A DNA stretch of 64,000 nucleotides from Rhizaria sp. SCN 62-66 (lineage: Eukaryota), in contig MEDY01000275.1 of assembly GCA_001724265.1 (NCBI GenBank), positions 1 through 64,000 of the forward strand. The letters are read 5' to 3'. The position numbers and the translations under genes are program-made. Shown here in pieces: positions 21,277-32,672 of the stretch. The notes under the pieces were generated by a model that worked only from the letters and a program-made list of their open reading frames with translations, was not told the origin of the DNA and made no database searches. Every line of letters starts with the position of its first letter. The first letter of the stretch is position 1.

Positions 21277-23763
21277 GAGGTAGACCTGGCCGCCGAACTT
21301 GTGGACGACGTCGCAAACCTCGCGCACGCTCTCCTCAAACACGCCGTGCGTCGAGGGGTACGTGAGCTGGATCGCCGCGAGCGTGTCCTTGTGCTTCTCG
21401 GCCTTGGCCTTGAGGTCGGCGACGTCGATGTTGCCGTCGGCGTCGCAGGCCACGACGACGATCTTCATGCCGGCCAGCGCGGCCGAGGCCGGGTTGGTGC
21501 CGTGCGCGGAGGCCGGGATCAGGCACAGGTCGCGGTGGCCCTCGCCCTTGGCAGTGAGGTAGCCGCGGATGGCGAGCAGACCGGCGTACTCGCCCTGCGC
21601 GCCAGAGTTGGGCTGCAGCGAGCAGGCGTCGAAGCCGGTGACGGAGCAGAGCCAGGAAGAGAGCGAGGAGATGAGCTCCTTGTAGCCCGCGACCTGGGAC
21701 TCGGGCACGAAGGGGTGGATGGCGTTGACCGTGGGCCACGTGATCGGGATCATCTCGCTCGTCGCGTTGAGCTTCATGGTGCATGAGCCGAGGGGGATCA
21801 TGGCCGTGGCCAGCGAGAGGTCCTTCTGTTGCAGCAGGTAGAGATAGCGCAGCATCGAAGTCTCGGAGCGGTGCGCGTGGAAGATCGGGTGAGTCATGAA
21901 CTCGCTCTTGCGGGCCACAGACGCCACGGGCGCGAACGCACCGGCCGCCGCCGCGGTCTCGGTCGCCGCGACAGACTTGCCCGCAGCGGTGGCGATGATG
22001 CCCGCGAGCGCGGCCACGTCGGCGGCCTCGCTAGTCTCGTCGAACGACACGGAGACCTCGAGCGAGCCGTTGCCCGCCGCGAAGAGGTTCATCTTGGCAG
22101 CCTCGGCGGCCTTGAGCGCGGCGCTCACGGCCGCGGCGGAGGGCAGCACCACGGTGACGGTGTCGAAGAAGCTCTTGTGCTTGATGGCGCCATCGCCGAG
22201 CGCGGCGGCGACGCGGGCGGCGAACTGCTGCGCGCGGGCCTGGACCTCGCCGGCGATGGTCTTAAGCCCCTCGGGGCCGTGCCACACGCCGTAGGCCGCG
22301 GCGACGTTGGCCAGCAGCGCCTGCGCGGTGCAGATGTTGGAGGACGCCTTCTCGCGGCGGATGTGCTGCTCGCGGGCCTGCATTGCCATGCGCAGCGCGG
22401 GCTTACCGCGCGAGTCCTTGGAGATACCGATGATGCGCCCGGGCATCTTGCGCTTGAACGCCTCCGACGTGCACAGGAACGCGGCGTGCGGGCCGCCGAA
22501 GCCGAGCGGGACACCGAAGCGCTGCGAGGAGCCGAAGGCGGCGTCGGCGCCCCACTCGCCAGGCGGGGCGAGCTTGGTGAGCGCGAGCAGGTCCGTGGCG
22601 ACGGCGACCTTGAGGCCCTTGTTGGCGGCCTTGAGCTGCGCGACCACGGGCGCCATGTCGGCGACGACGCCGTCGGAGCCGGGGTACTGGAGCACGACGG
22701 CGAAGACCTCGTCGGCGTTGTTGTTGGCGGCCATCTCGGCCACGGCCACGGTCTTGACGGTCCAGCCGAAGCCCTTGGCGCGGGTGCGGATGACGTCGAG
22801 AGTCTGCGGGTGGATGTTGGTGTCGACGAGCACGGTCGACGCCTTGCCGCGGCCCCAGAGCATCATGAGCGCCTCGGCGCCGGCGGTGGCCTCGTCGAGC
22901 AGCGAGGCAGAGGCGACGGGGAAGCCGGTGAGGTCGCCGCACATCGTCTGGTAGTTGAGCAGCATCTCGAGGCGGCCCTGGGAGATCTCGGCCTGGTAGG
23001 GGGTGTACGGGGTGTACCAAGCGGGGTTCTCGACGATGTTGCGAAGGATGACGTAGGGAGTGTGGGTGTTGTAGTAGCCCTTGCCGATGAAGGACTTAAA
23101 GACCTGGTTCTTGTCCATCATGGCCTTGAGCTCGGCGAGCGCCTTGACTTCGGTCACGCCCTCGGGCACGCCCAGCTTGTCGATCGTCTGGATCGACTTG
23201 GGCACGGTGCTGGCGACAAGCTCGGAGCGGGAGGACAGGCCGAGGGTCTTAAGCATGGCGAGCGCGTCGGCCTCGGAGGGGCCGATGTGGCGCAGAGAGC
23301 TGGGGTGCGATGACGCCACGGGGAGCGAGAACGCGCGCGCGAACTGCACCGCGAGGGCGGCAGAAGCCGCACCAGAGCGAGCAAACTGTGTGGGCAAAAG
23401 AGGAGAGGGCATGAAGCAATGTATGGGTGAGGGTGAGATGGGGCAGTGAAGCGAGAGGAAAAGAGCGACGGGGCGGAGGGTGGATCACGCCACACGATGC
23501 CCGATTGAAACAGTTGTTTTCATTGCTACACCAGCACGTGAGGCTAAACTACGCCGAGTTTCATAAGGTAGCACAGCGGTTGCAAATGGGCAAAGTAGTG
23601 ATATAACAAAGCACGATCATAGGAGCACATAATATGATCCGGGAAGCGGCTGCGGCGGACGAGGAGGAAACTCCACGGGCCAGCAAGGAAAAAAGAGTTT
23701 GGATACGTGATTGGGAACAAGACGGACCTTAGCGAAAACGGATTTAGTAGTCTTAGACAGCAT
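20293..23763 (-). CDS. GLDC: Glycine dehydrogenase (decarboxylating), glycine cleavage P protein, mitochondrial, 2 exons, ~1042 aa
   Basis: Exon 1 23763-23728 ([12 protein letters not shown]), intron GTCCGT...CACAG, exon 2 23385-20293. Motifs [67 protein letters not shown] and the PLP-lysine motif [11 protein letters not shown]. The basic, acid-free N-terminus resembles a presequence. Stop TAA. Confidence 0.97.
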
Positions 23764-24139
23764 GTGACAAAGACGTGTCGGTAGTGAACAACTACTACGA
23801 TCAACCCAGACGAAAATCACGACAATCGCGAGATTTCGTCTCGCTCCAGCGGTCGGCGATACGGCAGCGACGGTCGAGGTCGCGGCGGTCTGCATTTTTC
23901 GGAACTCGGTTTGACCCAGCCACAACCTTAACAGCGTCCTAAAGACGCATGCACTGTGCCATACACTAACCGTCAAATAGTATCACACGACAATAAGCCG
24001 AATATATCTTTTGTTTTCTGTTTTCTCTCTCTTTTGCATTTCTTAGAAGCGCCGTTTATCCTTGCTTCAGATCCTTTCCCTCACCCCGTTGCCCACTATT
24101 CTTTCCATTTCACTCGTACCCCTTTACAGCGCTCGTCCG

Positions 24140-24361
24140 ATGTCCAACTCGTGCAAGATGCCTCTCAAGGCGTACCTGCAGTGTATTCGCGCCACGGAAG
24201 CGTTCCAGAAGGACCCGTGCGACTCGCGCATGGAGGTCGTGTCGCAGCTGCCCGAAGTCAAGGAGCAGTGCGACTCGTCGTTCCAGACGTACAAGAAGTG
24301 CAAGGAGGGCACGCTCGACATGTTCTCGCGCATGCGCGGCAACAAGGCGCTGCGTTCGTGA
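24140..24361 (+). CDS. COA5: Cytochrome c oxidase assembly factor COA5/PET191-like twin CX9C protein, 73 aa
   Basis: MSNSCKMPLKAYLQC (CX9C) ... CDSSFQTYKKC (CX9C) followed by KEGTLDMFSRMRGNK, matching the PET191 C-terminal pattern CKRGxxDMRxRxRGNK. High GC3. Stop TGA. Confidence 0.8.
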   Translation: MSNSCKMPLKAYLQCIRATEAFQKDPCDSRMEVVSQLPEVKEQCDSSFQTYKKCKEGTLDMFSRMRGNKALRS

Positions 24362-25431
24362 ACAATACCGCCGTTTATACGCTCTCTTTGAGTCCAGACA
24401 ACGGACCGACTCGAGGCGGCTTTTTTCAGTTTGTAGTCGTGATGTGGCAAGTTGGCTCTTCATTTCTATTGGCTGTCGATGGACACAGCACAGCTTGGTG
24501 ACCACGTGATGTTACGCGACTAGCTTTATCACTTGCTGAACTTTCTTTGTTACACGATCCGCCTTGCGGGACTTGCTGAGAAAGTCGCGTTTTTATCTAG
24601 TTCGAATGATTTAAATTATGGGTTGCTCGGGCCGCGAACAAGCACATGCTTTGTGCAGCAGCGGTTTGCAACAGTACGAGACTGTGGCTCTTTGTGACTG
24701 ACACGTCCACAATGCACACTATGCGCACTTCCTGCATCTGCGGCTCGATGCCCGATGCACTCCCGCTGCGTTATGGGGTATCTTGGGTAGTAACTACTCG
24801 AAGTCACACGACTGCATGTCAAGCAATCTTCGCGTGTATGCGTAGGACCGCTATGAGGTTTAGAAATAAGGCCTTTTCAAGTTTATTCACTGGAATACCA
24901 CACCATGTTGTGTTTTTGTTTTTTGAAGCCACTAGATCATGCTGAAATGCGCAATAATAATGAGCCGATGTCGTCAGAGTTGTCTTTTAAATGTTTTGCA
25001 ATTTATCACTTCTGTCGGCCAAGATACTCGTGATAACTTGATTTATGCTAGTACAACAAATAAACAAGTTATATGTACTTTAACGTGTACTTTTTATATC
25101 AATCGATGATGTTGTCGTCCCACATTTCGATTCTTTCCTCATGTCCGTAGACCATGTGACGCACAATAATGACTGCGACGAGGAGAGCGACGTGAGGAAG
25201 CGTTTGAGCAACTTGCGCAGTGACTCACGGAGTCGTTAAGACAACATGCCAATACGCAAATGAGAAAATAATCGTTGTTTATTACATGTTTCCTTTTTAC
25301 CACAGGTTGGCAAACTTGATAGTGTGCCATAATCAATGCATTTCCGCGCGCTCTTTTGCACATGTTGCCCTCCCGCTCACTTCCCGCTTTTCATGCTTTA
25401 TTCCGTCCCCATTCCACCTCAGCGTCCCACG

Positions 25432-27129
25432 ATGCGCCTGCTCAGTCTTGCTGTGCTTGCTTGCATTGCTGCGTTTGCCGCTGCGGCCGCTGCACCCTAC
25501 CACCTGCGTCTGTCCCTGGGCCCGAACCAGGACAAGGACATCGTCTTCGGCTGGACCGTCGACGGCGTCACTGACGTCGCCACCTACGGCCCCTACGTTC
25601 AGTACCGCCCCGTCGGAGCCCCCACCTGGACTTATTCCACCGCGAACTGCGTGAGCAAGCGATACACTGAGGAGCAGACACACTTCTACTGCACTGTGAC
25701 CAACTTCGCCCCCAACCTCGACATCGAGTACCTTGTCGGTGGTAAGCCCTCGCGCTCGCTCTCGGGCCTGCGCAATTTCCGCAGCGCGCCCGTGCCCGGC
25801 TCCTCGGTCAAAATGGCCGTGATGGGCGACCTGGGGTACGAGATCGGTGGCCCCACGGGTGCGTCTCTGGCTGCGCACGCGCTCAAGAAGGATTATTCCC
25901 TCGTCGTGCACGTCGGCGACATCGCCTACGCCGACACCTACGACAAGAAGGGTCCCAACCTCGACTACGAGCTGTGGAACGACCGCTTCATGGGCCTGGT
26001 TGAGCCGACGACGTCGCGCGTGCCGTACATGCTGTGTCCGGGCAACCACGACGTGACGTGCCACTTCGACGGCGACCACGACTGTGCGCCCAACCTCACC
26101 AACTTCTCCTACTACCGCAACCGCTGGCACATGCCGTCCGCCGCCACAGACGGGCCCTCGGACACGGGTCTGTGGTACACGTACACGCACGGCGACATCC
26201 AGTTCGTGTCGATCAACACCGAGTCCGACTACCCTAACTCGCCCTTCAACAAGGACACCCCCACCTCGGCCGGCGGCTTCGCCGCCCCGATGCCGCAGAT
26301 GGAGTGGCTCGCGGCCAAGCTCGCGCAGTTCAACACCCCGGAGGCGCGTGCGTTGCGGCCTTGGGTTATCGTCGTCGGCCACCGTCCCGTGTACTCGACG
26401 CTCACGCTCGACTACCCGCCCAATTTCATCGAGACCGTGCGCGTCACGTTTGAGCAGCTCTTCGCCGAGCACAACGTCGACCTCTACATCTCTGGCCACG
26501 CGCACTACTACGAGCGCACGCTGCCGATCAACAACTTTGCGCACGACGAGAACTACGACAACGTGAACAAGCCCGTGTACATTATCAACGGCGCCGCGGG
26601 CAACGAAGAAGGCCACTGCACCGACGTCACCCCTGAGCTGCCATCCTACATGCCGTACCGCAACTACCGCCAGTACGGCTTCGGCGTCATCACCACCAGC
26701 AAGCCCACCGAGGGCGAGGCGCACACCGCGCTGCTGCGTCGTGCCGCGCGCGCCAGCGCCAACCGCGGCGACGTCGCCCGCGTCGCCTCCTTCGTCCCCA
26801 CCTCCAAGCAGGCCGACCGCGCCAGCGGTGACGCCAAGAACACGCGCCTGACGCGCCTCAGCTCGCTCGCGCGCGGCGCGGGCAACGCCGGCGACGTGTC
26901 GCCCAAGTCTGCCTGGTATGGCGCGCTGCCGTCGCAGTCCGAGTTCACGCTATCTGAGGCCGAGCTCGCCGCGGCCGCTCGCCGCGCTGATGCCGCCGCC
27001 GAGGCCGCCGCCAACGCGGACCTGGGCGCGCGCGCGGACAAGCGCGCGCTGTGCTACGAGTTTAGGGCGACCACGGTGGACCAGGGCCCGCTGATGGAGG
27101 CCGTCGACTCCTTCTGCATCCAGCACTAA
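25432..27129 (+). CDS. Secreted purple acid phosphatase (FN3-like N-domain plus metallophosphoesterase), ~565 aa
   Basis: Signal peptide MRLLSLAVLACIAAFAAAAAA; all five metal-ligand motifs GDLG, GDIAY, GNHD, VGHRP, GHAH; PVYIINGAAGN. Stop TAA. Confidence 0.92.
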   Translation: MRLLSLAVLACIAAFAAAAAAPYHLRLSLGPNQDKDIVFGWTVDGVTDVATYGPYVQYRPVGAPTWTYSTANCVSKRYTEEQTHFYCTVTNFAPNLDIEYLVGGKPSRSLSGLRNFRSAPVPGSSVKMAVMGDLGYEIGGPTGASLAAHALKKDYSLVVHVGDIAYADTYDKKGPNLDYELWNDRFMGLVEPTTSRVPYMLCPGNHDVTCHFDGDHDCAPNLTNFSYYRNRWHMPSAATDGPSDTGLWYTYTHGDIQFVSINTESDYPNSPFNKDTPTSAGGFAAPMPQMEWLAAKLAQFNTPEARALRPWVIVVGHRPVYSTLTLDYPPNFIETVRVTFEQLFAEHNVDLYISGHAHYYERTLPINNFAHDENYDNVNKPVYIINGAAGNEEGHCTDVTPELPSYMPYRNYRQYGFGVITTSKPTEGEAHTALLRRAARASANRGDVARVASFVPTSKQADRASGDAKNTRLTRLSSLARGAGNAGDVSPKSAWYGALPSQSEFTLSEAELAAAARRADAAAEAAANADLGARADKRALCYEFRATTVDQGPLMEAVDSFCIQH

Positions 27130-27539
27130 AGCAGCTAAAATCACAAAGCTAATTAAGCTCGAGGTAGCATGTACGCAACATAGTTTGGGAGAAGCTTCCG
27201 GGGGAGGTTCTCTTTGCTGCTATTGATGTTGATGCTTCTGAAACAAAGTTACTTATATTATAATGATTCGATTTGATTATTACAACTAATACATACAGAT
27301 TCGAGATTTGTACGACGTACGTAATTTATCTCGTTGTTTTGTTGCTGTCACAGCATTGGTGATTGACTCAAAATAAATCATGAATGTATTAAGTGATACT
27401 GGGAGATGTAATATAGAAGAGTTGACTTGATAAAATAGATTAAAATAACAGGTTAACGCTTAACCTTCCTTTGGAACGCGCAACAGCAGTAACAATATGA
27501 GGTCATCACGTTCTAGTGAATTGCAGCTTCGCGTTTCCT

Positions 27540-30500
27540 TCACAGATCGAGTTCATCCTCGCCCACGTCCTCATACTCGTCAAACAGACCTTGCTTTGTT
27601 GACTGGCTTTGATGACTATTCGCGGTGACGTTACTGATGTTGATGTTGCTGTGCGTGTTGTTGTTCGTGGCGGGCCGCCGCAGCAGTCCCAGCGCGCCAA
27701 GCGCGTGCGCGTGCGCGTGTCCGCCCAGCCCCGCCGTGGGGTCGACGCCGCCGCGCACGCGGCTCACGGAGAGCTCCGGCCCGTAGTCGTCGTCGTCATC
27801 GTCGCCGTCGCCGTCGTAGTTGAGGCCGCCGGCGTGCGCAGCGAAGGCTTGGCTGTTGTGTCCGCCGTGCCTCTCGCCGTGGCCGTCATCGTTTCCGGTG
27901 GCGTTGTCGCGAGACTCGGCGGCGTTGTGCTCGACCTCAGAAGCGCCAACAGTGCCAGCGTTGGTTGCCAAGGAGACGTCACCGTCGCCGTCGCCGCTGC
28001 GGAGCGACATACCGAAGCCGGGCGCGAAGTTAAGCCTCGGCTTCTGCACTGAGCCGTACCCGCCGTCGTCCTCGTCCTCGTCTTCGCCAAGACCGCTCTG
28101 CCCTGGCGCCGCACCGCTGCCGTCGGCGGCGTCGGTCGCGGCCGCGGTGGCGGCTGCAGCGGTACTGCGGGCGGTCGCGCGGCCCTTAAGCAGCGCAGCG
28201 GCCTCCGCAGCCTCCGCGGCCTCCGCTGCGGCGGTGGCAGCGAGCGCGTCGTCGAGCGCGCTGTGGCGCTGCTGCTGGCTCATGATGAGCTGCTGCTGCT
28301 GCTGTTGCTGCCGAAGTTGCCGCTCCTGCGCGCGCGCGCGCGCCCACTGGTCGCCGCCCGCGCCGGCGCCTGCAGCCACAGCCACAATGCCGCCGCCGCC
28401 GCCACCGCCGCCGCCGCTGCCGGCCGAAGCGCCCGCGCCGGCGCCCTCGGCAAGCGTCACCGCAATGGCCATCAGCGCGGCACGGGCCGCCGCGGCGTCC
28501 TGCTCCTGCACGCTCACGCGGCCCGCCTTGCCAGCGTCGTTGGCAGACTGGGGGACGGGCAGCGTGGCGAGCGCGGCGGCGGCGTTGGCGGGCGCAACGC
28601 CGCGCGCGGCGCCGAGCGCGATTGCGAGCGGCACGTCCGTGGCGGGGAACAGCGACAGTGTGCGCGCGTAGGCCGCGGTCGCGCGCGCGCGCAGACAGGC
28701 CGCGCACACCAGCGGCGCGCAGTACACCGCACCCGACGCCGCAGAAGCGCGCAGAGCGAGAGCGGCGTCCTTGCCATTGTCGTGGTCGTGGCTGTGAAGC
28801 CCGGACTCGGCGTCGTCGCCGTTGTCGGGGTCGCCGTGGGCGTGGGCGTGATCGTGCTCGCTGGCGTTGATCGCGCCGGAGCTCGCCAGCGGCAACCCCG
28901 GCTTAACTTTCTTCTGCTGCTGCTGGAGCATGTACGCAAGCGCTTCGGGGCTGACGACGTCGTCCGTGACGCTCTTAAACGGGTTCAGACCGACGTCGCC
29001 GGTGCCGCCCAGCTTTGCCGCAGCGGCCACGGCGGCCGAGCCCTTGCCGACGCCCACGAGCGCGGGCCTGGAGCCGACCGCGACGAGTCCGCAGCAGAGC
29101 AGGCGCACGGAGCACTTGAAGCACGACGGCAACAGACACACCAGTCCACGCGCGCGCGCCGCCAGCAGCCCCTCCTCGGTGAGCCCCGCGGCGTCGCCGC
29201 CGGCGCGGTTCTCGGCGGCGGCGGCGGTGAGGTAGGCGAGCGACGCGTGCGGACACGGCGCTGGCGCCCCCGCCGAGAGCAGCGCAGCCCACTGCGCCTG
29301 CGCCGGGAGCCCCGCGGACCAGCGGCCGCCGCGCTTGGCGGCCGCGGCACCGGCGATCTGCGCGGCCGTGGAGCCCGGCGTGGCGGTGAGGGTAAGCAGA
29401 GTGAGCGCGTCAACCGTGGCGGCACGGTCGTGGAACAGGTCCCACACGCGCAGCAATGCCTGCACGGCACGCGGCCGCGTCAGCAGCTGCGCAGACGCCA
29501 GCGCGGGGCCCGCCGTCAGCGCGCGCGCGGCGGCCTCGGCAGAAAAGGCCTCCGCTTCGGCATCCGCAGATGAGGCGTCAATGTCGTCGCTCTTCACATT
29601 CACCTTGGCGAGGCTGGCGGAGGAGCCGGAGTGCGCGACGGCGGCGTTGGCGACGGCCTCGACGACGGGGTCCGCGGCGGCCGCGAGCGAGGCGCCGCCA
29701 GTGGGCATGAGCGCGAGCACGCAGACGATCATGACGCCCGCCTCGGCGACGAAGAGCAGCCCCAGCAGCCGCAGAGAGAGGAACACGCGGTGCGCGAGCC
29801 CGACCCCCGCGGCCGCGGCGCCCGCGGAGCTCGCAGTGGCGACAGCGGCCGCGGACGCAGTGGCTGTGGGCAGCGCGGCGGTCCAGGGGTGGGTCAGCCA
29901 GCCGGCGCCGCTGTCGGCGTTGTTGGCCGCGGCCGCAGCGGCGGCGGCGATGGTGTCGGTCGCCAGTGAGGCCGGCAGCACGGCGCCCCCCGCGGCGGCG
30001 ACGAGCAGGAAGACGAGCGTCTGCAGCGTTGCCAGCACCACAAACACGGCCGTGACGGCCGCGCGGCGCGATGCCAGCGCGCTCGCGAGTGCCGACGCGA
30101 AGGTGGCCTTGACGTCGGCGAGCGCGAGTATGGCGGCGAGCTGCGACACAAAGCACGCGGCGACGCCCGCGGCTGCCGCGGCCGCGGTGGCCGTGGTCCA
30201 CGGCGCGGCGAGCAGCGCACGCGCGGTGGTGACCGTGAGCGCGTAGCCAAACCAGAGCCCGCTGGTGAGGCTCCAGAGCCAGCCCGCGGCGACCGCGGCC
30301 GAGCCCACCGCGCTGCCCGCGCTGGCACCCGCAGCGTCCGCGCCAGCGCCAGCGCCCGCGGAGGCAGCGTCGGAGAAGAGCAGTGAGGCGGCGTCCTGCG
30401 CGGCGGCCGCGCCGGCCGAGGCGGCGGCGGCGACGGCAGCGGGCGTGGAGGCCGCGATGGCGAGCGCGACCGAGAGCACGTGCACAAGCAGCACGGCGCC

Positions 30501-32672
30501 GGCCGCGGCGGCGGCGACGGCGAGCGCCTGCTGCACGCCCGCGCGCTGCAGCCGCCACAGCGCGGCCGGCGAGCGCAGCGCGAAGAGCGCGCAGCGGCGG
30601 TGCGCGCCGGGCCCGCGCCGCAGCGAGCAGCACATGACGCCACCGCGCCGCAGCAGCGCGCCCGAGCTGCCCGCGCTGGTCTTGCCACCGCTCGCGCTAC
30701 GCGCGCGGGGCCGCGGATGCGCACTCGTCGTGTACACGGGGCCCACGTAGCTCGCGCTCGCGCCAGCGTTTGCGGCCGACTTAGGGCGGGCGTTGGCGCC
30801 GCTGTTTGCTGCGGCCGCCGTCGCCAGCGGGTTGCCCCAGGCGAAAAGCGAGACGCAGTTGAGGCGCCTGCGCGGCATGGTGTCGGGGTCGAGCAGCAGC
30901 GCGAGCGGGCCCAGCCCCGTGGCGAGCGCGGGGACCCGCAGTGCGTTGGCGCACAGAGCGCCCGGCAGCGAGCGGGCCCGCGGCGCAGAGAGCGAGCGCG
31001 AGGCGGCGAGTCCGGCCGCGGCGCCGCCGCCCGTGCTTGCGCGGTGGGTGTGCGCCGACACGGCCGTGGCGCCGCCGAGGCCTGAGGGGTCGTCGAAGTA
31101 GTCCCAGTCCTCCCCGTCGTCGCCGTCGTTGTCACTGTCATCGCCGGGGCCGAAACCGCCGGGGCCGCGGCCGATGCGCGCGTTGCCGTAGCCGTTGCCA
31201 AAGCCGGCACCGCTGCTCCTGCTGTTGTTGTTGGTGTTGGAGCCGGCGGGAGAGCGGCGGAACCACCCCATGAGTCTGTCCCAGAAACCCTTCTTGCCGC
31301 CCGCCGCAACACCCGCGGCGCCCATGCCGCCGCCGGGGCCCTTGTGCGAGGTGGGGAGAGCCGTGTAAGCCGCGCCCTCGCCCGTCTTACCGCCGCCGTT
31401 GCCGTCGCCCACGCCGCTGCCGCCGCCGTGGTCGCCGCTGCCATCGCCGCTGGCGCCGCCGCCGGCGCCTGCTGCGGCCGCCGCCGAGGCCGCCGCGCCA
31501 GCGATGGTAGCCGCGGCGGTGCCGAAGAGCTCGCCGAAGGCGTCGGCCTCGCCCGTCGAGTAGGAGATGGTGCCTGTCTTGCGCGCGTGCGCGCGGGCTG
31601 AGGCGCGGCGCTGTGCGTAGATGACGCCCGCGGCGGATGCGGCCGCCGCCTCAGCCTCGGCCTCCGAATCGTCGTCAAGCTCGCCCCACAGCACGCGCAA
31701 CGGCGTCGGCGCGGCGCGGGCGCGGGCGCGGGCGCGCAGTAGCACAGTCAGCTTCGCGCGCGCCGCGGCCGCGGAAGCTGCTGACGTGCCAGAGCTGCCG
31801 CTGCCGCTGCCGATGTCGGTGCCATCCTCGGCGTCGGCGTCGGCAAAGGGCTCGCCCGCGTTGGCGCCGGCGCTGCCCGCGTTGGCGACCGCCTTGGAGC
31901 CGCTGCCGCTCTTGGCGACGGCAGAGAGATGCGCGATGTCCGCGTCGAGCCGCTGCAGCCGCGAGTAGTAGCGGTGCGTGAGCACCTCGTCGGGGTCGCA
32001 GCCGGCCGCGGCGCTCACGGTCGCGTCAAAGCTGCCCGCGCCGTCGTACCCGCCCCCTGAGGCGCTGCCGCCGCTGGTGTACGTGGCGATGTCGTCGTCG
32101 TCGTCGTAGCAGGCATCGTCGTCCTCGTCGTCGTCGTCGTGGGACGGCGGCGGGTACTGCAGCAGCGCCGTCGTCGGCGACAGCAGCGACAGCCACTCGG
32201 GCAGCGCGCCGGCCCCGGCTTCGCCGGCGGCCGCGGCAGACGCGGCGGCAGCGGCGAAGCCCTTGTCGGCGTCGGCGTTGCTCTGCTGCTCCAGCGAGAG
32301 TGCGCGCGTGCGGCGGCGGGCGCGCGCGGCGGCCACGCGCTGCAGCCAGCGCAGGCGGTAGTACGTCTTGACGGCCGCGGGGCCGCCCAACGGGACGAGA
32401 AAGAGGTGCAGCAGGCAGGCGAGCGTGTAGGCGGCGCTGAGCAGCAGCGCGCCGAGGGCGAGCGCTGACAGCAGCGCGCTGCGGGCGCACGCGAAGAGCA
32501 CGAGCCCGTACGTGGCGAGCAGCGGAACAAACGCGGCAGCGCGCAGAGAAAGCTTCTGGAGCGGGGAGCGGTAGTGCTGAAGATGTTTGAAAACGTACAG
32601 CAGGTACACGACCCAGATGCAGAGCGCGAGGAAGGACAACGCCCACGTCAGGTGGTGCGAGCGCAGAACCAT
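27540..32672 (-). CDS. Divergent TMEM184/organic solute transporter-alpha-like membrane protein with very large low-complexity insertions, ~1710 aa
   Basis: N-terminal TM helix, then KHLQHYRSPLQKLSLRAAAFVPL (family pattern HL..Y..P..Q...RI...VP), AYTLACLLHLFLVPLGG, later RAGVQQ, VFVVLATLQTLV and LLFVAEA, in the family order. Stop TGA. Confidence 0.6.
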   Translation of the reverse strand: MVLRSHHLTWALSFLALCIWVVYLLYVFKHLQHYRSPLQKLSLRAAAFVPLLATYGLVLFACARSALLSALALGALLLSAAYTLACLLHLFLVPLGGPAAVKTYYRLRWLQRVAAARARRRTRALSLEQQSNADADKGFAAAAASAAAAGEAGAGALPEWLSLLSPTTALLQYPPPSHDDDDEDDDACYDDDDDIATYTSGGSASGGGYDGAGSFDATVSAAAGCDPDEVLTHRYYSRLQRLDADIAHLSAVAKSGSGSKAVANAGSAGANAGEPFADADAEDGTDIGSGSGSSGTSAASAAAARAKLTVLLRARARARAAPTPLRVLWGELDDDSEAEAEAAAASAAGVIYAQRRASARAHARKTGTISYSTGEADAFGELFGTAAATIAGAAASAAAAAGAGGGASGDGSGDHGGGSGVGDGNGGGKTGEGAAYTALPTSHKGPGGGMGAAGVAAGGKKGFWDRLMGWFRRSPAGSNTNNNSRSSGAGFGNGYGNARIGRGPGGFGPGDDSDNDGDDGEDWDYFDDPSGLGGATAVSAHTHRASTGGGAAAGLAASRSLSAPRARSLPGALCANALRVPALATGLGPLALLLDPDTMPRRRLNCVSLFAWGNPLATAAAANSGANARPKSAANAGASASYVGPVYTTSAHPRPRARSASGGKTSAGSSGALLRRGGVMCCSLRRGPGAHRRCALFALRSPAALWRLQRAGVQQALAVAAAAAGAVLLVHVLSVALAIAASTPAAVAAAASAGAAAAQDAASLLFSDAASAGAGAGADAAGASAGSAVGSAAVAAGWLWSLTSGLWFGYALTVTTARALLAAPWTTATAAAAAAGVAACFVSQLAAILALADVKATFASALASALASRRAAVTAVFVVLATLQTLVFLLVAAAGGAVLPASLATDTIAAAAAAAANNADSGAGWLTHPWTAALPTATASAAAVATASSAGAAAAGVGLAHRVFLSLRLLGLLFVAEAGVMIVCVLALMPTGGASLAAAADPVVEAVANAAVAHSGSSASLAKVNVKSDDIDASSADAEAEAFSAEAAARALTAGPALASAQLLTRPRAVQALLRVWDLFHDRAATVDALTLLTLTATPGSTAAQIAGAAAAKRGGRWSAGLPAQAQWAALLSAGAPAPCPHASLAYLTAAAAENRAGGDAAGLTEEGLLAARARGLVCLLPSCFKCSVRLLCCGLVAVGSRPALVGVGKGSAAVAAAAKLGGTGDVGLNPFKSVTDDVVSPEALAYMLQQQQKKVKPGLPLASSGAINASEHDHAHAHGDPDNGDDAESGLHSHDHDNGKDAALALRASAASGAVYCAPLVCAACLRARATAAYARTLSLFPATDVPLAIALGAARGVAPANAAAALATLPVPQSANDAGKAGRVSVQEQDAAAARAALMAIAVTLAEGAGAGASAGSGGGGGGGGGIVAVAAGAGAGGDQWARARAQERQLRQQQQQQQLIMSQQQRHSALDDALAATAAAEAAEAAEAAALLKGRATARSTAAAATAAATDAADGSGAAPGQSGLGEDEDEDDGGYGSVQKPRLNFAPGFGMSLRSGDGDGDVSLATNAGTVGASEVEHNAAESRDNATGNDDGHGERHGGHNSQAFAAHAGGLNYDGDGDDDDDDYGPELSVSRVRGGVDPTAGLGGHAHAHALGALGLLRRPATNNNTHSNINISNVTANSHQSQSTKQGLFDEYEDVGEDELDL

